Position numbers and translations under genes: made by a program. A stretch of DNA of 64,000 nucleotides from Phoronis australis (taxonomy: Eukaryota; Animalia; Phoronida), in contig NMRA01000200.1 of assembly GCA_002633005.1 (NCBI GenBank), positions 592,527 to 656,526 of the forward strand. Direction: 5' to 3'. The notes beneath the pieces were generated by a model. That model had not been told where the DNA came from. It saw only the letters and a list, made by a program, of their open reading frames with translations, and searched no databases. Below are positions 48,831-63,069 of this stretch, one piece after another. Positions within the stretch are counted from its first letter, which is position 1; every line of letters begins with the position of its first letter.

Positions 48831-50552
48831 CAGACTATCTGGTGAGACTTCCGAGAGTCTTTGTGATCAAGATCATCATTTTACTGACACTTTAGTTCAG
48901 ATTGCTTGTACAGGAAAACACAGTTCCAATTCTCTGTAAGCCGCACTGGCTATCAATTGACCCTCGTGGTAATCATCACCCCTGACGCCCATTGGATTTT
49001 TTAAGAATCTCTCCTCAATATAGCGAGACGCGATTTTTATTGCGCTTGTTATCTTATTTCACAGTTTCGAGTGCAAGAAAATGGATGGAATTTAAGAGAG
49101 GATCCTGCTACTACGTCGGATAATGGGCATTATTCCAGTGCTCTTCAATTCAGAGTGGGTTGGTAGCTTATCTTATCCTAAAAGGCCAAATAAGCTCCGT
49201 ATGACTAATGTTTTAGGTATCAAATATGTCGTTGTGTCGAGGAAGTGCTTCCATTCTCTTCAAACAAACTCTCAACACACAGAGAACTTCCATATGTTCC
49301 ACTCTGAATCAGTTCCATCTTTCTCCCTTTGATGGATGGTATCGCTTGTTAGTTTCAATTATTCTGGTAATGTTGTGTCTTCTCAGTTGTTGTACTTAAG
49401 ACGATCGACAAATATACAGCTAGTTTGAGCGAGTGTGTATGAATATAGTCAACCGACAACACTTTGTGCGTTTGATTAATTTTATTATTTTACATTATAA
49501 ATTAAGTGGTTAAAAGTATAATAATTTATTTACTCAGGTACAAACTTCAATAAACATCATAAAATGGAAAACTAAACACAATGACAATATTTCACTCCGC
49601 TGTCCAAAATTGTCTCCAAAAATTTTGGCAGATAGAACAAAAAATTCAACTAGAAATCCTTTTCTATGACACGTTGTTTTTCTTATTGCGTTCAACATAA
49701 TGTCACGCCTCCGACCCATAGGCACATATCCCAGATATCACATATATCAATCACATGTGTGAGAAATGACAAGCGGAATAGGACCACGACTGCACAAAAC
49801 ACATGGTAGACCTACACAAAACGCATGGTAGACCTACACAAAACGTCACCAATCTCAAGTATTATAAGTGCTCAGTGAAATAACAGAAATTGCCTTCACG
49901 ATTCTGAGATTTTGGACAACTGTGAATCGATTTCATCGGAGGCCATAGTGAACGACAATTACTTGAATACAAAAGTGGAAATTTTTGCAACACTTAAATT
50001 CAGTGCTTAAAATTTCTGTTACTCATACTCAAACAAGACTCTGACTAGTTTAAAACCAATCTAAACAGTCACGAAATTCACATTTGTTTTCCAAAATTAT
50101 GTTCGTACAATGTCGCATAGTCACATTTTGCAACATCTGAACAAGATATTACATAACAATGCAATCCATTTCGTCAATACTTCCATCTACCCATGCGCCA
50201 ATCTTCCTCATGTGCGATAAGCAGATGACCAGGCAAGAATGTGCACAATTGCAATTTTAAAGTATCTGTTTTTTCAGTAAGTGTGTCGGTTCAGATGAAA
50301 TTGAAGTACGATAAATCGATTATTCACTTAAATGCCCAGGGTTTGCATACTATAAGCCCACAGCACGAGCTACACTCCCACGTCGTCAACTAGTAGCTTA
50401 GTTAAACCGTTTGTTTTTTTAGAACTCGGTTGGTCTTTTGTAGGCCTTTTGCTAATGTCGCTAATGATGTTTTCACTGTAAGAGGAAACGTGCAGATAAT
50501 TTGCGATACATAATAATGTTTTGTGAAAATGGCGATGGAGCCGCACTTGTTA

Positions 50553-50803
50553 CTATGTAGTCTGATGGAAATGGAATTCCCCAATACAAACGCATATAGG
50601 ATTTAAGCAAGTGGTTTTAAACACTAAACTGGCTTCTGCGGATTTTAGTCTTCCCAGAGACTTCTCATACACTGGCAAAGACCCTCGCTCACGCGGTGCA
50701 GCATCTGCCCAATATTGCGAAAACGAAGAGAACATGAATACATGATATACATTCAATCGTGGATTTTCGGTCAGAACATCCGCCATCGTCAGAAGAGATA
50801 AAT
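50553..50803 (-). pseudogene. Possible decayed C-terminal exon of the C-type lectin
   Basis: Phase-1 aag acceptor in frame; HVFMFSSFSQYWADAAP...LPVYEK resembles C..M....W.D..C......CEK with the cysteines lost. Confidence 0.3.
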
Positions 50804-51908
50804 CTTAAACAATTGTAGCGAAGTAGGATTTTACGCCATTTCTCAATTGTATATACTTTATATTGGCAGCAGGAAAATTTCTCTTAAATCTGAATTTCCT
50901 TGGAGTGAATTGCAAAAATGAATGCTCAACAGTATTGAATTTAGCATCGAACCTAAATTATTTGATGCAATGTATTCTTTTAGTCTTGTAGAGGGCTATG
51001 TCTAATTAAATTTAGCTCACCACTCTGAGTGGCAGCTTTTGGCGGGTACCAGGAGATAGCTCTCGACGCAGAGCATAATTAGGAAAACGTCTAATTGCGC
51101 GATAGTGTTCACCAAACTTTCCCCGTCAGAGACGCGTTTCCTTACAAACAGAAAAACGCAAAAATTCGTAAATGTTTGGACGAAAAACCAGTTGATATCT
51201 TTGGAAAGGGATGAAGTAGAGGCACAATTCTCACAACATAAACCAGCAATTTATATCGTCTTACAACTGGAATAAATCGAATTGTAAGAGTTTAACAAGT
51301 TAGTTGAAATGTCGATTACAACCGCTGGTAGTGTTTGGCTCATGGTGCAAGCTGGCAGTAATCCATATTGTTCTAAAACAGCTGAGTTTCCCCCAGATAT
51401 TTACAAATGTAGCTGAATGTGTGCGCTCAAAAGTGCATTGTGAAGCGATAAAAGGTTCCAAGCAAGTATATGTAATGTCAAGTCTGTCAGTAGGTAACGT
51501 GTGCGGGTTTTACACGTCAGCGCATTCGCATTGACTCATTTACGCGTTAATCTATTTTGTAACGACAGCTGAACCTATTTCAACCCAACCCTGTAAGGGG
51601 TTTGACCCCAAGTCACATGATTTACATGAAACGCCTGCGAATGACAGTTCTGACTTGTTACACATTGACATCACCGGGAAGTGTGGATACGGACCCCCTG
51701 CAATTCGCTCAAAACATTGTCAATTCGCAGCCTGTCCGCCATTCTCGTGTACAAGTTGGAATTTACACATTAGTGGACTGGTCAAGTGGGCGTATTAATC
51801 ATCCGATCGTTGACGTAATTTTGTGAATACTGTCTTCGTTTATTGCCTCGGGAATCAATTTAAAAGTATGAAGCGCCACAGGGTTTCTTGAACGAGTAAC
51901 TTTTTGCC

Positions 51909-52181
51909 CGTTAAAATATGCTTAATCTACGTGTACTTTTGCTTAATCTATGTGTACTTTTGGTTAATTTATGTGTGCTTTCGTTTATTCTATGAGTACT
52001 TTCAATCTACGTGTACTTTTGCTTAATCTACGCGTACCTACACGTACTTTCAGTTCTTAAACGGTGATCGTTCTGCTTTTAATCTATTAATTTCAGAGCG
52101 CGGGCGTGATTGGAATATATGAACTGATTAAAAGTACGCGTAGATTAAGAAAACTGCACCTTCATTAAGCATATTTCAACG
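51909..52181. mobile_element. Small foldback/MITE with 21-bp subterminal repeats
   Basis: TIR cgttaaaatatgcttaat / attaagcatatttcaacg; ttaatctacgtgtacttttgc repeated ~6 times. Confidence 0.65.
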
Positions 52182-52260
52182 CGCATGGTGGCTTAAACGT
52201 AATTTCTTGTCCAGTATCCTTAATGTTGTTGACTGGCATGTCAAGTGCACACTGCAAGCC

Positions 52261-53023
52261 TATCGTTGGCCAAATAGGTGAACGTTACACAATCAAGTTA
52301 AATTACGTTCGTAAATTAATTCTTGTTAGTGGCGTAAATTAATTATTAACGGCGTAAATTAATTATTTGCGGAACAAGTTAACTTTTAACGGCGTAAATA
52401 AATTATTTACAGAGTAAATTAATTCTTTACGGCGTAAATTAAACTAATTTACGGAAGGTAATTTATGTTCGAAGTATATCCCGAGAATAATAGGTGCGTC
52501 GCAAGCTCCGTTTCCAGAGATAAAAAGGAGACCGTGATAGGCTGCTAAAGCGAAGTACTGATGGCAGGAAATTGTAAGTTTAACGAAAGAGAGCTATGAC
52601 ACGTGACAATCATCAGCCTATGGGAGCCATGAGCTGACCAAACTCGTGGCAAATGACAGAAACGAACCAATAGTGAGGCTGGAAATGGAATGTCCTAGTG
52701 CCTCGTGTGCAGAAGGACCGCATGCGAATCTACACAAAAGATTAATGGACCAATCCGAAAGATGGGGGTATAAGTGAGACGAGTCCATATTCTCACATAA
52801 ATATATTTAACGAGTGGAATATCATTTACGCGCGCAGCGTTGACCCATTTAGCCAATGATAAATTTACGCCATAAGGAGTTAATTTACGCCGTTAAAAGT
52901 TAATTTGCGACGCACATATTTAATTTACGCCGTTAATAATTACTTTACGCCGGTAATAATTAACAATAACTGATTTACGCACGTAATTTACGTGCGTAAC
53001 GTTCACTCATTTGGCCAACGATA
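52261..53023. mobile_element. Foldback-type MITE with ~200-bp repetitive TIRs
   Basis: tatcgttggccaaat...gtgaacgttac / gtaacgttcac...atttggccaacgata; inverted arrays of ggcgtaaattaa. Confidence 0.8.
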
Positions 53024-53409
53024 CAACCCAGTCGTTTCTGTTGATGCCATGATAGAATACCCACAGACAAAAACACAGTGTACGGCGTTACTGAATTACT
53101 ATCAGACCAGTAACAGATTTAGATGTTTGCCGTCATTCTGTTGCAATGTGGTAGGGTCTACGTGAGTAGGTTGTACTTACGTCTGTTTGTTATAGATTTA
53201 AACTATGACATTTCTGAAAGGGCGCAGTTCTCAAAATTACCCGTCCGCTTCACAGTATAGTTCCAGTATTGAAACAGTTAGCTGAAACAAACCAAACTTT
53301 GTTCTATTTTTTGTTGTAGCCCAAGTTTTCCAGGAAAAAATAAGCAAGAACAAGAAAAATCTTATAATTTAATTACCTACTACAAATACGGGTTATTCGG
53401 GAATCTTAA

Positions 53410-54064
53410 ACAGTACACACCATGGATTTTTGCACATTTTGAATTACCGGTGGCCACAGACTAAATGTATGACGTAAAATTTAGCTAAACGTATGTTTAT
53501 TAGCTCGAAATTTTGATTTTTCTTTCAATTTTGCCAATTTTCACATTTCCCGCCATGTGACGTCATGGGTTGAACACAAGAGATCAGTGACTAGCATTGA
53601 ACAATGGCGGAGAGCAGTGAATTTGAAAGCGACGACAATTATGAGCAAAAATTTAATGAATACTATGAAGAAACGTACGGGAATGGTGGCCAGGATGAGG
53701 AAATGGGGTTGCACGAACGCGAGAACAAGTTTGATGTGCTTCCGGCTGCGTACTTTTCTACTTTGAGCCTTACGAACTGGATCCTCCCGCGAGAGAAGCT
53801 GCAGCCTCCCACAACACATCTTTTGATCCCTCTACGAACCTTCTAGACGCTAAATGTACTTTGCTTTCACTTCACTCTATACACTTTGTCTCTGATCCGA
53901 ACAGTATGGCGAACGACTTGGGTTCAACCCATGACGTTGTACATAATTATTATTTTTTCAATTTTTGCGTGTTTCTTTATGAGCTGTGCATTAAAAGCAC
54001 TGAAATCAAGTAAGATATAATAATAAAATTTATTTTGAGGTACTAAAGTCATGTTGTGTACACT
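53410..54064. mobile_element. TTAA-flanked non-autonomous transposon, Kolobok-like
   Basis: ttaa|acagtacacaccatg ... catgttgtgtacact|ttaa; inner inverted repeat acgtcatgggttgaac/gttcaacccatgacgt brackets an acidic ORF remnant. Confidence 0.55.
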
Positions 54065-54769
54065 TTAAGAACGGTTGTCGTCTGAACTATTGTGTGACTG
54101 CCTAGAAGAAGGTACCGGAATGCTCTTATTCTGTAGCGAAGACACTGATGTGGTAGAAATGTGTTACTTTTCTGAATTTTGCGAATATTCATGGACACTG
54201 GATTACGACGTAGATGGTCTATCTACACGGTATTACATTACAACAGAAATGTGACAAAATTTATGCAGAGCGTCTTTTAACTACGAAGGCCCGTTAATGC
54301 CAGAAAAATGAAATTAATTGAAACTGTTATTATGTAGTGCCAATCCGCTTTTCCGTATTCGAATTCGCGGTTGTAGTCCAACACTGTGCTGGTGACCACC
54401 TGGCTGGCGAGCCTAAAATCCACTCAAAGTCAATGATTGACAGCCAACGGCGATAATTATCCATTTGAAATAAAATCATAAAAATCACAACGGACGTTGT
54501 TTTTTTGCAACAAATATCTTTAAGAAGTTTATACCATCCAAAATTACTAAAGAAAATGTATTTTTGGCCGTAAAACCCATTACGTCCCTTGAAGTGCATT
54601 ATCGGAAAAAGGCACTAAGTGCAAGTGTTGTGATTGAGACAAAAGGTTTAACAGTCGTAGGATGACTTGCGCATCGACTTTAATAAAAACTCGCAAACAC
54701 CAATCCTCCAAATATTAGAGCCAAGATTTTGCACCCTCTCTTCAGAATAGCTTGTTAATAAATACTTAC

Positions 54770-55106
54770 CATTGAAGAAGCCAGAATAGGAATCTAGTTG
54801 TCCATTTGAATCTCGAGTAAATTTGTCTTGATGGTGTAGGTCACGTGTGCATATCCAAAATCTGCGAATCGCAGATAAACCTACATTGAGTAAGAGATGA
54901 ATTTGTAAAAACAGCTGTTCTTCTTTGGGAGAGATGATGACAAGATGGGCTCCTTCCACGTGACATTTTGACTTAGCCTCCCACCTGTCAACTGAAGCGC
55001 TGTCCATTTTGTAGCAAGAACCACGATATGGAATCCAGCCACTGGCACAGTTTTGCGGCGACTCAATGGGGGAACACCCCACGAAGCAAATTACGATACC
55101 CAAAAC
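54770..55106 (-). pseudogene. C-type lectin domain exon (degenerate)
   Basis: tag|VLGIVICFVGC...CASGWIPYRGSCYK...RWEAKSKCHVEGAHLVII...EQLFL...FWICTRD...G|gtaagt; the usual WIG and FxW motifs are altered. Confidence 0.7.
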
Positions 55107-56798
55107 CTATATGAAGATCAATAAAAACTATGTAAAGCCAACCGTATAATCAAGAACGATTGCGGGTGGAACGAATTTGCACTCGCAGAAAAGGTATCAC
55201 AAAATTTTTAATATTTTACTATTTTGTGAACGCAAGCAGTGAAAGCTTCCGCCAAAAATAGTTCAAAGCAACATTGAACTTTATATTGCATTTTCCGTAT
55301 TCAAGCCAGCCTCTATGTTAGTTTTACAATTTGTATGGATTCAGAAACAGACTTTCTTTCATATATTGTTTAAATTTGTTCCCTGCCTGAGCTCGACTTG
55401 TGCTTGCTGCGTACAAAATCATTCTCTCGCACAAGCCATTCCCCTCTCTCGGACCAATTTTTGTTTCGCGTGGACGTATTGCTTACCTCGTGGAAGGACA
55501 AGCTCTGACCCCATGCATTAACGTCTGCCTGCGAAACCTATTTTATATCACTAGAATAACGTGTACAAGAGAAGAATTTGTGGGCAGCAAACACGAGCCC
55601 AAAAGTGAGGACAAGTCAAGGAGCCTTGGGTATCACTTACCAAAAGATGCAACATTCTCAGTCAAATATCAGCCTCTAATAACCAAAAGTGGAAGTGTTG
55701 GTAGGCTGGTCAACTTGTTGATTAAATAGGCATTTCTGCTGTTCCCTCGGCTAAAATGCCAGCTTCTCATTGGAGGAAGGTGTGTTCTGGACGTTGATTG
55801 TTTCCGTGTCGACTTCTGCTTACACACGTAATTGCGCTGATTTAACACGTTCCGTGTCAGCTATGCTATGTCAACTTTTATAATAATAATAATATTAAAC
55901 TTTATTTATAGAGGATAAAATACAATAGATATAAAACATACTTTAGCCAAAGGCTAATGTCCAGCATGGTCCTCTGCAGGAAAAGTTAAATTAAATAAAT
56001 TTAGATAGATAAACAGATTAAATTAAGATACATTAAATCAAACAGTATTTTACAAATTGGATTTACAGACTGAATTAAAAATAAATAAATAAATAAAAAC
56101 TTTTTCATGGTGCGACTATAGCTATACTCAAACGGCGTAACTGTCAAAATTTTGATGGAGATTTTTGTTGCAGTATACTTATGGAGAACTGTTGGAGCAG
56201 ACCAGTCTCCATGTATACCGATTGTTAAAAATGATCTTGTAATTCAGAATATTACATATATCATGTTCCAAGCTTTGTCCAGATACCAAACTTGGCCAGA
56301 TTCAAATGAGCTCAATCCTAGTGTAATGCCATATATAATTGTCGATGGTACTTTTGTAAATATAAGGAAAACAAATGGCATACAAGAGTTGAGAAACCTA
56401 CGTAAGTTTTTATTAAAATCTGAACAAAGACGCGAGTCTATTGTCAAAATGTAACATATGTGCGCAGGTCTTCATAACTGCTTTGTGTATGCTTTGTAAC
56501 ATGGGCTAGTGGTCTTACTACCTGAAATAAATTAATTGAACTTGAATTAATTGCCGCTTCATATAGTATTTTCTATCATACGAAGGTACAAAATACTATA
56601 AATGTGCGTGTGTGTGTATATATTTATGAATGTGTCTATGTATATATTTACATTGATTTCGTTGGCCACAAAATTGTTAGTTTCTTGTACCTATCTGGTA
56701 CTTTGTATTCTATTTGCCGTTTCGATGGAGCCCATGTGTTAGACAATCGATCATACAATGTTCTGTCTTTCTGTTAGATTTATATAGTGTAAGAGTTA

Positions 56799-59700
56799 TA
56801 GTCCAGTCATTCTAGGGCTCCAGAGGCCTAACCTAGAAAAAATTGCAACAGAAGGATTTTTTGCATAAATGGCATCTTCAAGCATCCCTTGGTGCCAGAA
56901 AAAAGTCTACCGAAATCGGAGTGGCAGAAGTGGGTTTTTCAAGATGGCGGAAAAAATGGCCGGCAAAACCGGTCTTTACTGCTTTTTGGCATGTTACTCT
57001 TGTGCAACAGCTGGAAGTAAAATAAGAAAGCTTGTCATTGATTACATAATTTTCATAACGGGCATACCAATCAAAAAATACCAATTTTCCATAAAATGAA
57101 ACCAACATGGCTGACAAAATGGCTGCCCAAACAGCAATTTGGTACATGTTGCAATTTTTTATATTTTGCTCTGAAAATGGCAAAATTTCTATGCTTTTGT
57201 AAGTTAGACAATTGAAAATATCTGGACCTTACAGTTGATAACTGGTTGGAGAGAAAAAATCGAGACGGCGGACAAAATGGCCGCCAACTAACAAATAACC
57301 CCAATTTACCTCATGTGGATTCTATAAACTTTGTAACCTGGTAAGCGTTTACACAAAAACATTTTACAATCTACAGTCAAGCTTAATGAGTTGATTCTTT
57401 ATAACATTTGTTTTTAAGATTTAGGAGCTGAATGTGAAATTTTAATCACATTTTAGATTATTTGACATAAAAGTTGGTGTTTTTCAGAAAAGGCTTTGGT
57501 TAAATTGTCATGATAAATTTCACACACTCAATTATTTTTCAGTAAAATATATTCATTTGAGGCATGAAATATAATATTTGTTAGAAAAATATGTAATTCT
57601 GCTGGAATTATTGGATTATTCATTACATCAACCCTGAATCACATTGGGCAGGAAGTGGATTTGCTCTCTGCTATTGGAGATGTTATTAGTTGTTCCCATC
57701 CAAAGATTTCGTCTGCTACTGACACGAGTGGAGAATTTGGCAGCTGATTTCACCTAAATTTGACGAAAAGTAAACAAATTTGGGTTACAAAAAGTTAATA
57801 ATTTAATGTTTAACATTTAGTACTCACAATTGGTTTAATATGCATGCTTTTTATGAACATAAGAAACTGATTTTAGAAGAAATTAGTGCCAGCAAACCAA
57901 ACGACAGTAATCTATAGTCACTTTCTGGGATGTATTGGATACGTAATGCCAGGTACCAGACTTCAAGTTCTTGAGACAGTGTATGTACCAAACAGTGTGA
58001 CCCATTTTGTTAAATGGAAAAAGTGTGGATAGAGCAGTGAGGAGGCATATGTTGGTAGACTCAGCACTGAATGCTATCATAGCAGCCAGAGCGTTCAATA
58101 TCTCACTCCAAATAATGACAGATCAAGTAACGGCAATCCAGAACCAATGACTTCAGGATTTGGAGAAAGAAGTTCCGGTTCTTCAGAAATTCCAGGAGTC
58201 CCGAATGTCACCAACACAGAATACACAGATTCCGTACCAAGAGGTGGAGCAAACGTTGGCTCGTCAGAACATATGGAGACAGATTCTTCAGACATCCCAA
58301 AGAATCACATAACTAGAGATGTATACACTGGGACATGCAATGCACAGGCAGTACCTTCCGGTTCTGNGGTTGGAGAGAAAAAATCGAGACGGCTGACAAA
58401 ATAGCCGCCAACTAACAAATAACCCCAATTTACCTCATGTGGATTCTATAAACTTTGTAACCTGGTAAGCGTTTACACAAAAACATTTTACAATCTACAG
58501 TCAAGCTTAATGAGTTGATTCTTTATAACATTTGTTTTTAAGATTTAGGTGCTGAATGTGAAATTTTAATCACATGTTAGATTATTTGACATAAAAGTTG
58601 GTGTTTTTCAGAAAAGGCTTTGGTTAAATTGTCTGAAGCTGTATGATGATCTTATTGCTGGCATGACGTCTTTGTGCGGCGATGTATGCTTGTCGGAGTG
58701 TCTTGTAGGAATCCATACAAACAAAGCACATAAAATCAGACTTGCCCTTTGCAAAGTCGAACCAGCTGTCTCTGACTACAGTATTATGAAGATGGTTGAC
58801 GTCCTTCGACTTTTTCTATAAGCAGAAATAACGTCAGATTGGGAACTTCACCTAAAAGCAGTTTCCGAAATGATGCCTTACTTTGTAGCTGCTGGTCACA
58901 ACTCATATGAAAAATCTCCATGCATATACTTGCAGCAGATGCAACAACTCAAAGACACCCATCCCGACCGTCTACAGCACTTTTATTAACCACCACCATG
59001 ACAGAAGGCAAAGTGGCAGATTCTGGGCAGGCTTTTCATCTGACCTTGTAATTGAACAACGCTCATGAATCAACAGGAGGTTTAACTAGAGGTTGTGGAA
59101 TGGGAGATACGCAGCGTGCACGGTGGCTGCTTTCCTTGCCGGCATGCTCAAGTATAAATGGCGCCATGCAGAGTATGACAAACTTGATTTGAGAAACAAG
59201 TGAGCAACATAAAGAATGTTACCATGCAAGACAGTCGCGGAATGACAAAGACATCCTTATCCTTTTTGAATTCCTCCACAACAGAAACTAATTTGAAAGG
59301 GAAACATTGCAGAACATCGGCGCTGATGGGACTGCAGGCACATGCGTCAATGCCGAAAATGCCAGAGAAGCAGGGAAGGCAATTCCCTAGTCTATTTCAG
59401 CGTTTACTAACAGCTGCAGAAAACAACAGTAAATGGTATTTCACTCGTTAAATATATTTATGTGAGCATATGGACCAGTCTTACTCCTCCCCCCCCCCCT
59501 CATTTCGGTCTATTCTGTTCGTGACTACACGTTTTCCCAGCCTTCGTAGTGGTCTGTTGTTATCACGTGACTCGAGTTTGGTCAGCTCTTGGCATTTATA
59601 GGCTGATGATTGTCACGTGTCCTTAGGGGTGTTTTCTTTGTTATGGTAACCTCGCTTTCGGTCCATCTTTGTTCTGGCCACATTGTCGCACGATCAAAAA

Positions 59701-62265
59701 CTTATTCAATTTTAAACTTCTAAACTTTTCCTGTGTGATACCTGCGTGCTGGCTAAGTACGTAGGCATAATGGCGAATCTTCAAGTGACCCTAGAGAATC
59801 TTGACCACGCACCTCACCCTACCGTCTGTCTTACATCATCTCTTGTGGCGCTATTTTATAGCCCATCTTACCAGAGATTACCAATTATACGTTATTTACC
59901 TGTATTCATTATATTGTAACTGTGCTAGTCATAATAAATGACCTTATATCGCCTACCTCCGTCTCCTTTTCATCTCTGTTAACGAGCTTGCGACTCGCGT
60001 ATCATTTATCTATTATTCGGGACATATGTCGATCATAAATGTTTATCAAGCCTTTCGAAGTTTGCGCTGTGTGTTGGTTCCTCCGCTCTTTTTGATACAT
60101 CTGGTCTTCCCAGAGTCGCTAATAAATCAATATTATCTGATGCACTCTGGTCTAGTGGGGGACGACCTACCTGGGGTTTACCAATTTCCAAACAACACAG
60201 TGATGCATGTAATCGACGGCGGTTCTCTCCTTCACTGTATTCTATGGCCTAGAGGTGCAACGTTTCAGTCAGTTGGTAGAGCTTATGTGGATTACGTAAG
60301 CAAGTACACCCAGCCTACCGTTATTTTTATGGTTATGTACGTGGCCCATCAGCTAAAGATGTCTCCCATGTTCGAAGACTGGGTGAGGTGGTTGGAACTG
60401 AAGTTCACTTCAATGGTGACATGGTGATCAAGTCAAAGAAGAAAATTCACATTTTTTGGTAAAGAGCAAAAACAAACAAAGATTCATTCACTTCTCGAAA
60501 TGCTGGTTGCAGAGTGGTACAAGCTCAAGGTGATGCAGATGTTTTAATTGCAGAAACAGCAGTAGAGAATGCAGCACAAGGTCCTACTACCTCCATTGCA
60601 GACGATACAGACTTGTTGGTTCTTTTGTGTTACCATGCTACTTCACAACAATTTCCAATATTCTTGAAATCTAAGAAGAGACACCAAAACAAGAGGAGAG
60701 TCTGGGACATCAAAAACATACTATGTCTCTTGGTGCCCAAACTTGCGCGCTTTTGCCATTTGGGCATGCAATAGGTGCGGTTGCGATACAACATCACGGC
60801 TGTTCGGTATTGGCAAAGATCTCCATCCAAGAAACTGCGTGATCGAGTATTCAGCACTAGACCCATGCACCTGAAGGAAGACAAATTTGAAGCTGGTAAA
60901 AGGGTTGTGCTTTATGGCGGTACTGGCTCTGGAATTTGGAAGACTTGCGATGCAGGCGATTTGTGGAAAAGGTGTTATCAAGCGTAGCCCAGTCCAAATA
61001 CAGTCATTACCACCAACTGCTTCAGCAGGTGAATTCCTTGCTGCCAGGACAAGAGCAAGAGTGGTCAAGTTTCCGTGGCAGTGACCTAGACCCGCTGGAT
61101 TGGGGATGGATGCTGGCAGGTGGAAAACTCATTCCCATGACGACGGACCAGCCAGCAGCACCATAAAAGCTGCTGAAAGTAGTAAGATGCTCGGGCAAGA
61201 ACAACTGCAGTTCCAAGATATGCACTCGGTAGAAGTTAGGATTGCCGTGCTTGGTTGCATGTGGAGAATGCAGCGATATAAGCTGCAGCAATTCATTCTG
61301 AATTGAAAGAGACAAGTTGTGTAAATACTGGTTGAATGTGTGTAGATTTTGATCACAGACAGAATTACTGCTTCGGACACACGTGTAACATCACTAAAGA
61401 GAAGCCTAGTGGGAGCTGTACAAGCGCTTAAAACTGTTTAACTTGCTAAACATACCTTGCTAAACCTTTCTCCTATCTCAACTGTTGCTGTATTTGCAGC
61501 TAACTGAAGGTGACACAGACGGTCAATTGGTGTTGATAGTAGATCAATAAATTAATCGCAGAGAATTATATACATCCCATTTTTCCACGAAATTATCTTT
61601 CAGTCCAAGCGAACCTGATGCTTTTCACCCAAATAAGTTATTATTTGTTCAACAATCTTTAAAATGGTAGTCGTAACCTTCAGAGCGAGACAAAAATAAT
61701 TTTAATGGATATGTTAACCTGTGAAACTCAGGATATGAAATCTGTGGAGATAGCGTGTCTCTGGAATCTGAAATTCTTATAGGAAGCAACTATTTGGTGA
61801 CCATCTTAGAAAATGACGGAAGTAATCATTAGAGCCAAACGCAACGAGTCTCAATGGATTAGTCGACCTAGAAAACCTATGATGCAATGTTGAAATCAAG
61901 ACGACACATTAATCTGTTCGTTGCAAATTAAAGTTGTGCGACTCCAAGTAGTATTGGCGGCCATCTTGGAAAATGGCGGACGGTTTCGCCACAGCCATGC
62001 AAAACTATTTCCAATGGATTTGTTGACCCACAACAGATACCTAAACCTTTTTTGAATTTTTTCTTTATCACATCCCACTCTCGAATTATAATGGTCATAT
62101 GCAAATTAATCTGGCGGCCATTTTGTCCGCCATCTTGAAAAACCAACTTCCACCAATCCGATTCCGGTAGACATTTTTATCACACTAAAGGGTGTGAGAG
62201 GATACGATTCATGCAATAAAACCTTCTGCTGCAATTATTTCCGGGTCATCCGCAGAACGACGATT
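56799..62265 (+). mobile_element. Decayed AcademX-like DNA transposon
   Basis: Starts TAG; ~165-bp imperfect TIR (56799-56965 vs 62113-62265). Frameshifted fragments FLGCIG...NGKSVDRAVR, WELHL..MMPYFVAAGHNSY, GGLTRG, VIDGGSLLH, ADVLI..DDTDLLVLL, GCDTTS, LPPT..DPLDWGW and a terminal Cys cluster fit the transposase/XPG-like/Cys8 layout. Confidence 0.75.
59463..60024. mobile_element. Probable solo LTR inserted in the Academ-like element
   Basis: TG...CA ends; tatg duplicated on both sides (59459-59462, 60025-60028); internal aataaa ~59933; interrupts transposase homology. Confidence 0.5.
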
Positions 62266-63069
62266 CGTGTTTATGCACGTCACATGTTGGTCAACAACAC
62301 GTGACACAATGAGAAAGCTCAGTGGAATGGCTCTCCAACTTGGTTGTCACGGCGTGTTAGTTACAGTCGCCAAGGCTAGGTACACGATGACGTTGCTTTG
62401 GAAATGCAAGTAGGCTTATGATCTGCAAATACATTATAAAGAAAATTGATGTTTGTTCACATCATAACATTGTGTATCTCGGCTTCAGTGGTCCCGCTAT
62501 GTTTTGTGGTATCCTGTAGCCATTTGCTACGTACTAGTTTTGGACTAGTTATGTCGCTGTGACACATAAATTGCCCACACATCACTCATAACATAATTCT
62601 TGTGTCGTTTTATTTGCTCCCAATATCTACAAAATCACGTGATAAGAGATATGACAAAGCAATTATGCAACAAATGAACTATTGGCCTTTTGTAGCATTT
62701 TTTCTTTTTCATTGCCAGAAAAGCGTATTTTGCTGAATGATTTATAGCGGGTATTAACTTGTGCACCGTCCAAGAACACAACTTTTAATTTAGACCACAT
62801 TAACTGCTTTAGAATCGGTCTCAAATGGAAAATGATTTCTGGACTGAGTGGAGGCAGTCGATGTAATGCGGACAGTGGAGGAAATGCCGCTGAGATAGGC
62901 CTTTTCCAAATGTCTGGTATGGATTTACGTCAACATTGCCAGGTAGCTTATTTCAAATTGTTAATGAAATTAGCTTTTAGCGGGTATAGAGGTTTTTGAA
63001 TTTGAGGTCCCCGCCTGAACTAGAAACTACCTATCATAGTCTATCTCCAGACATCCCTCGGAAGTAGTG

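Noticed and set aside
53604-53846. Standalone host gene
   Set aside because: It lies inside a TIR/TTAA-bounded element and appears frameshifted.
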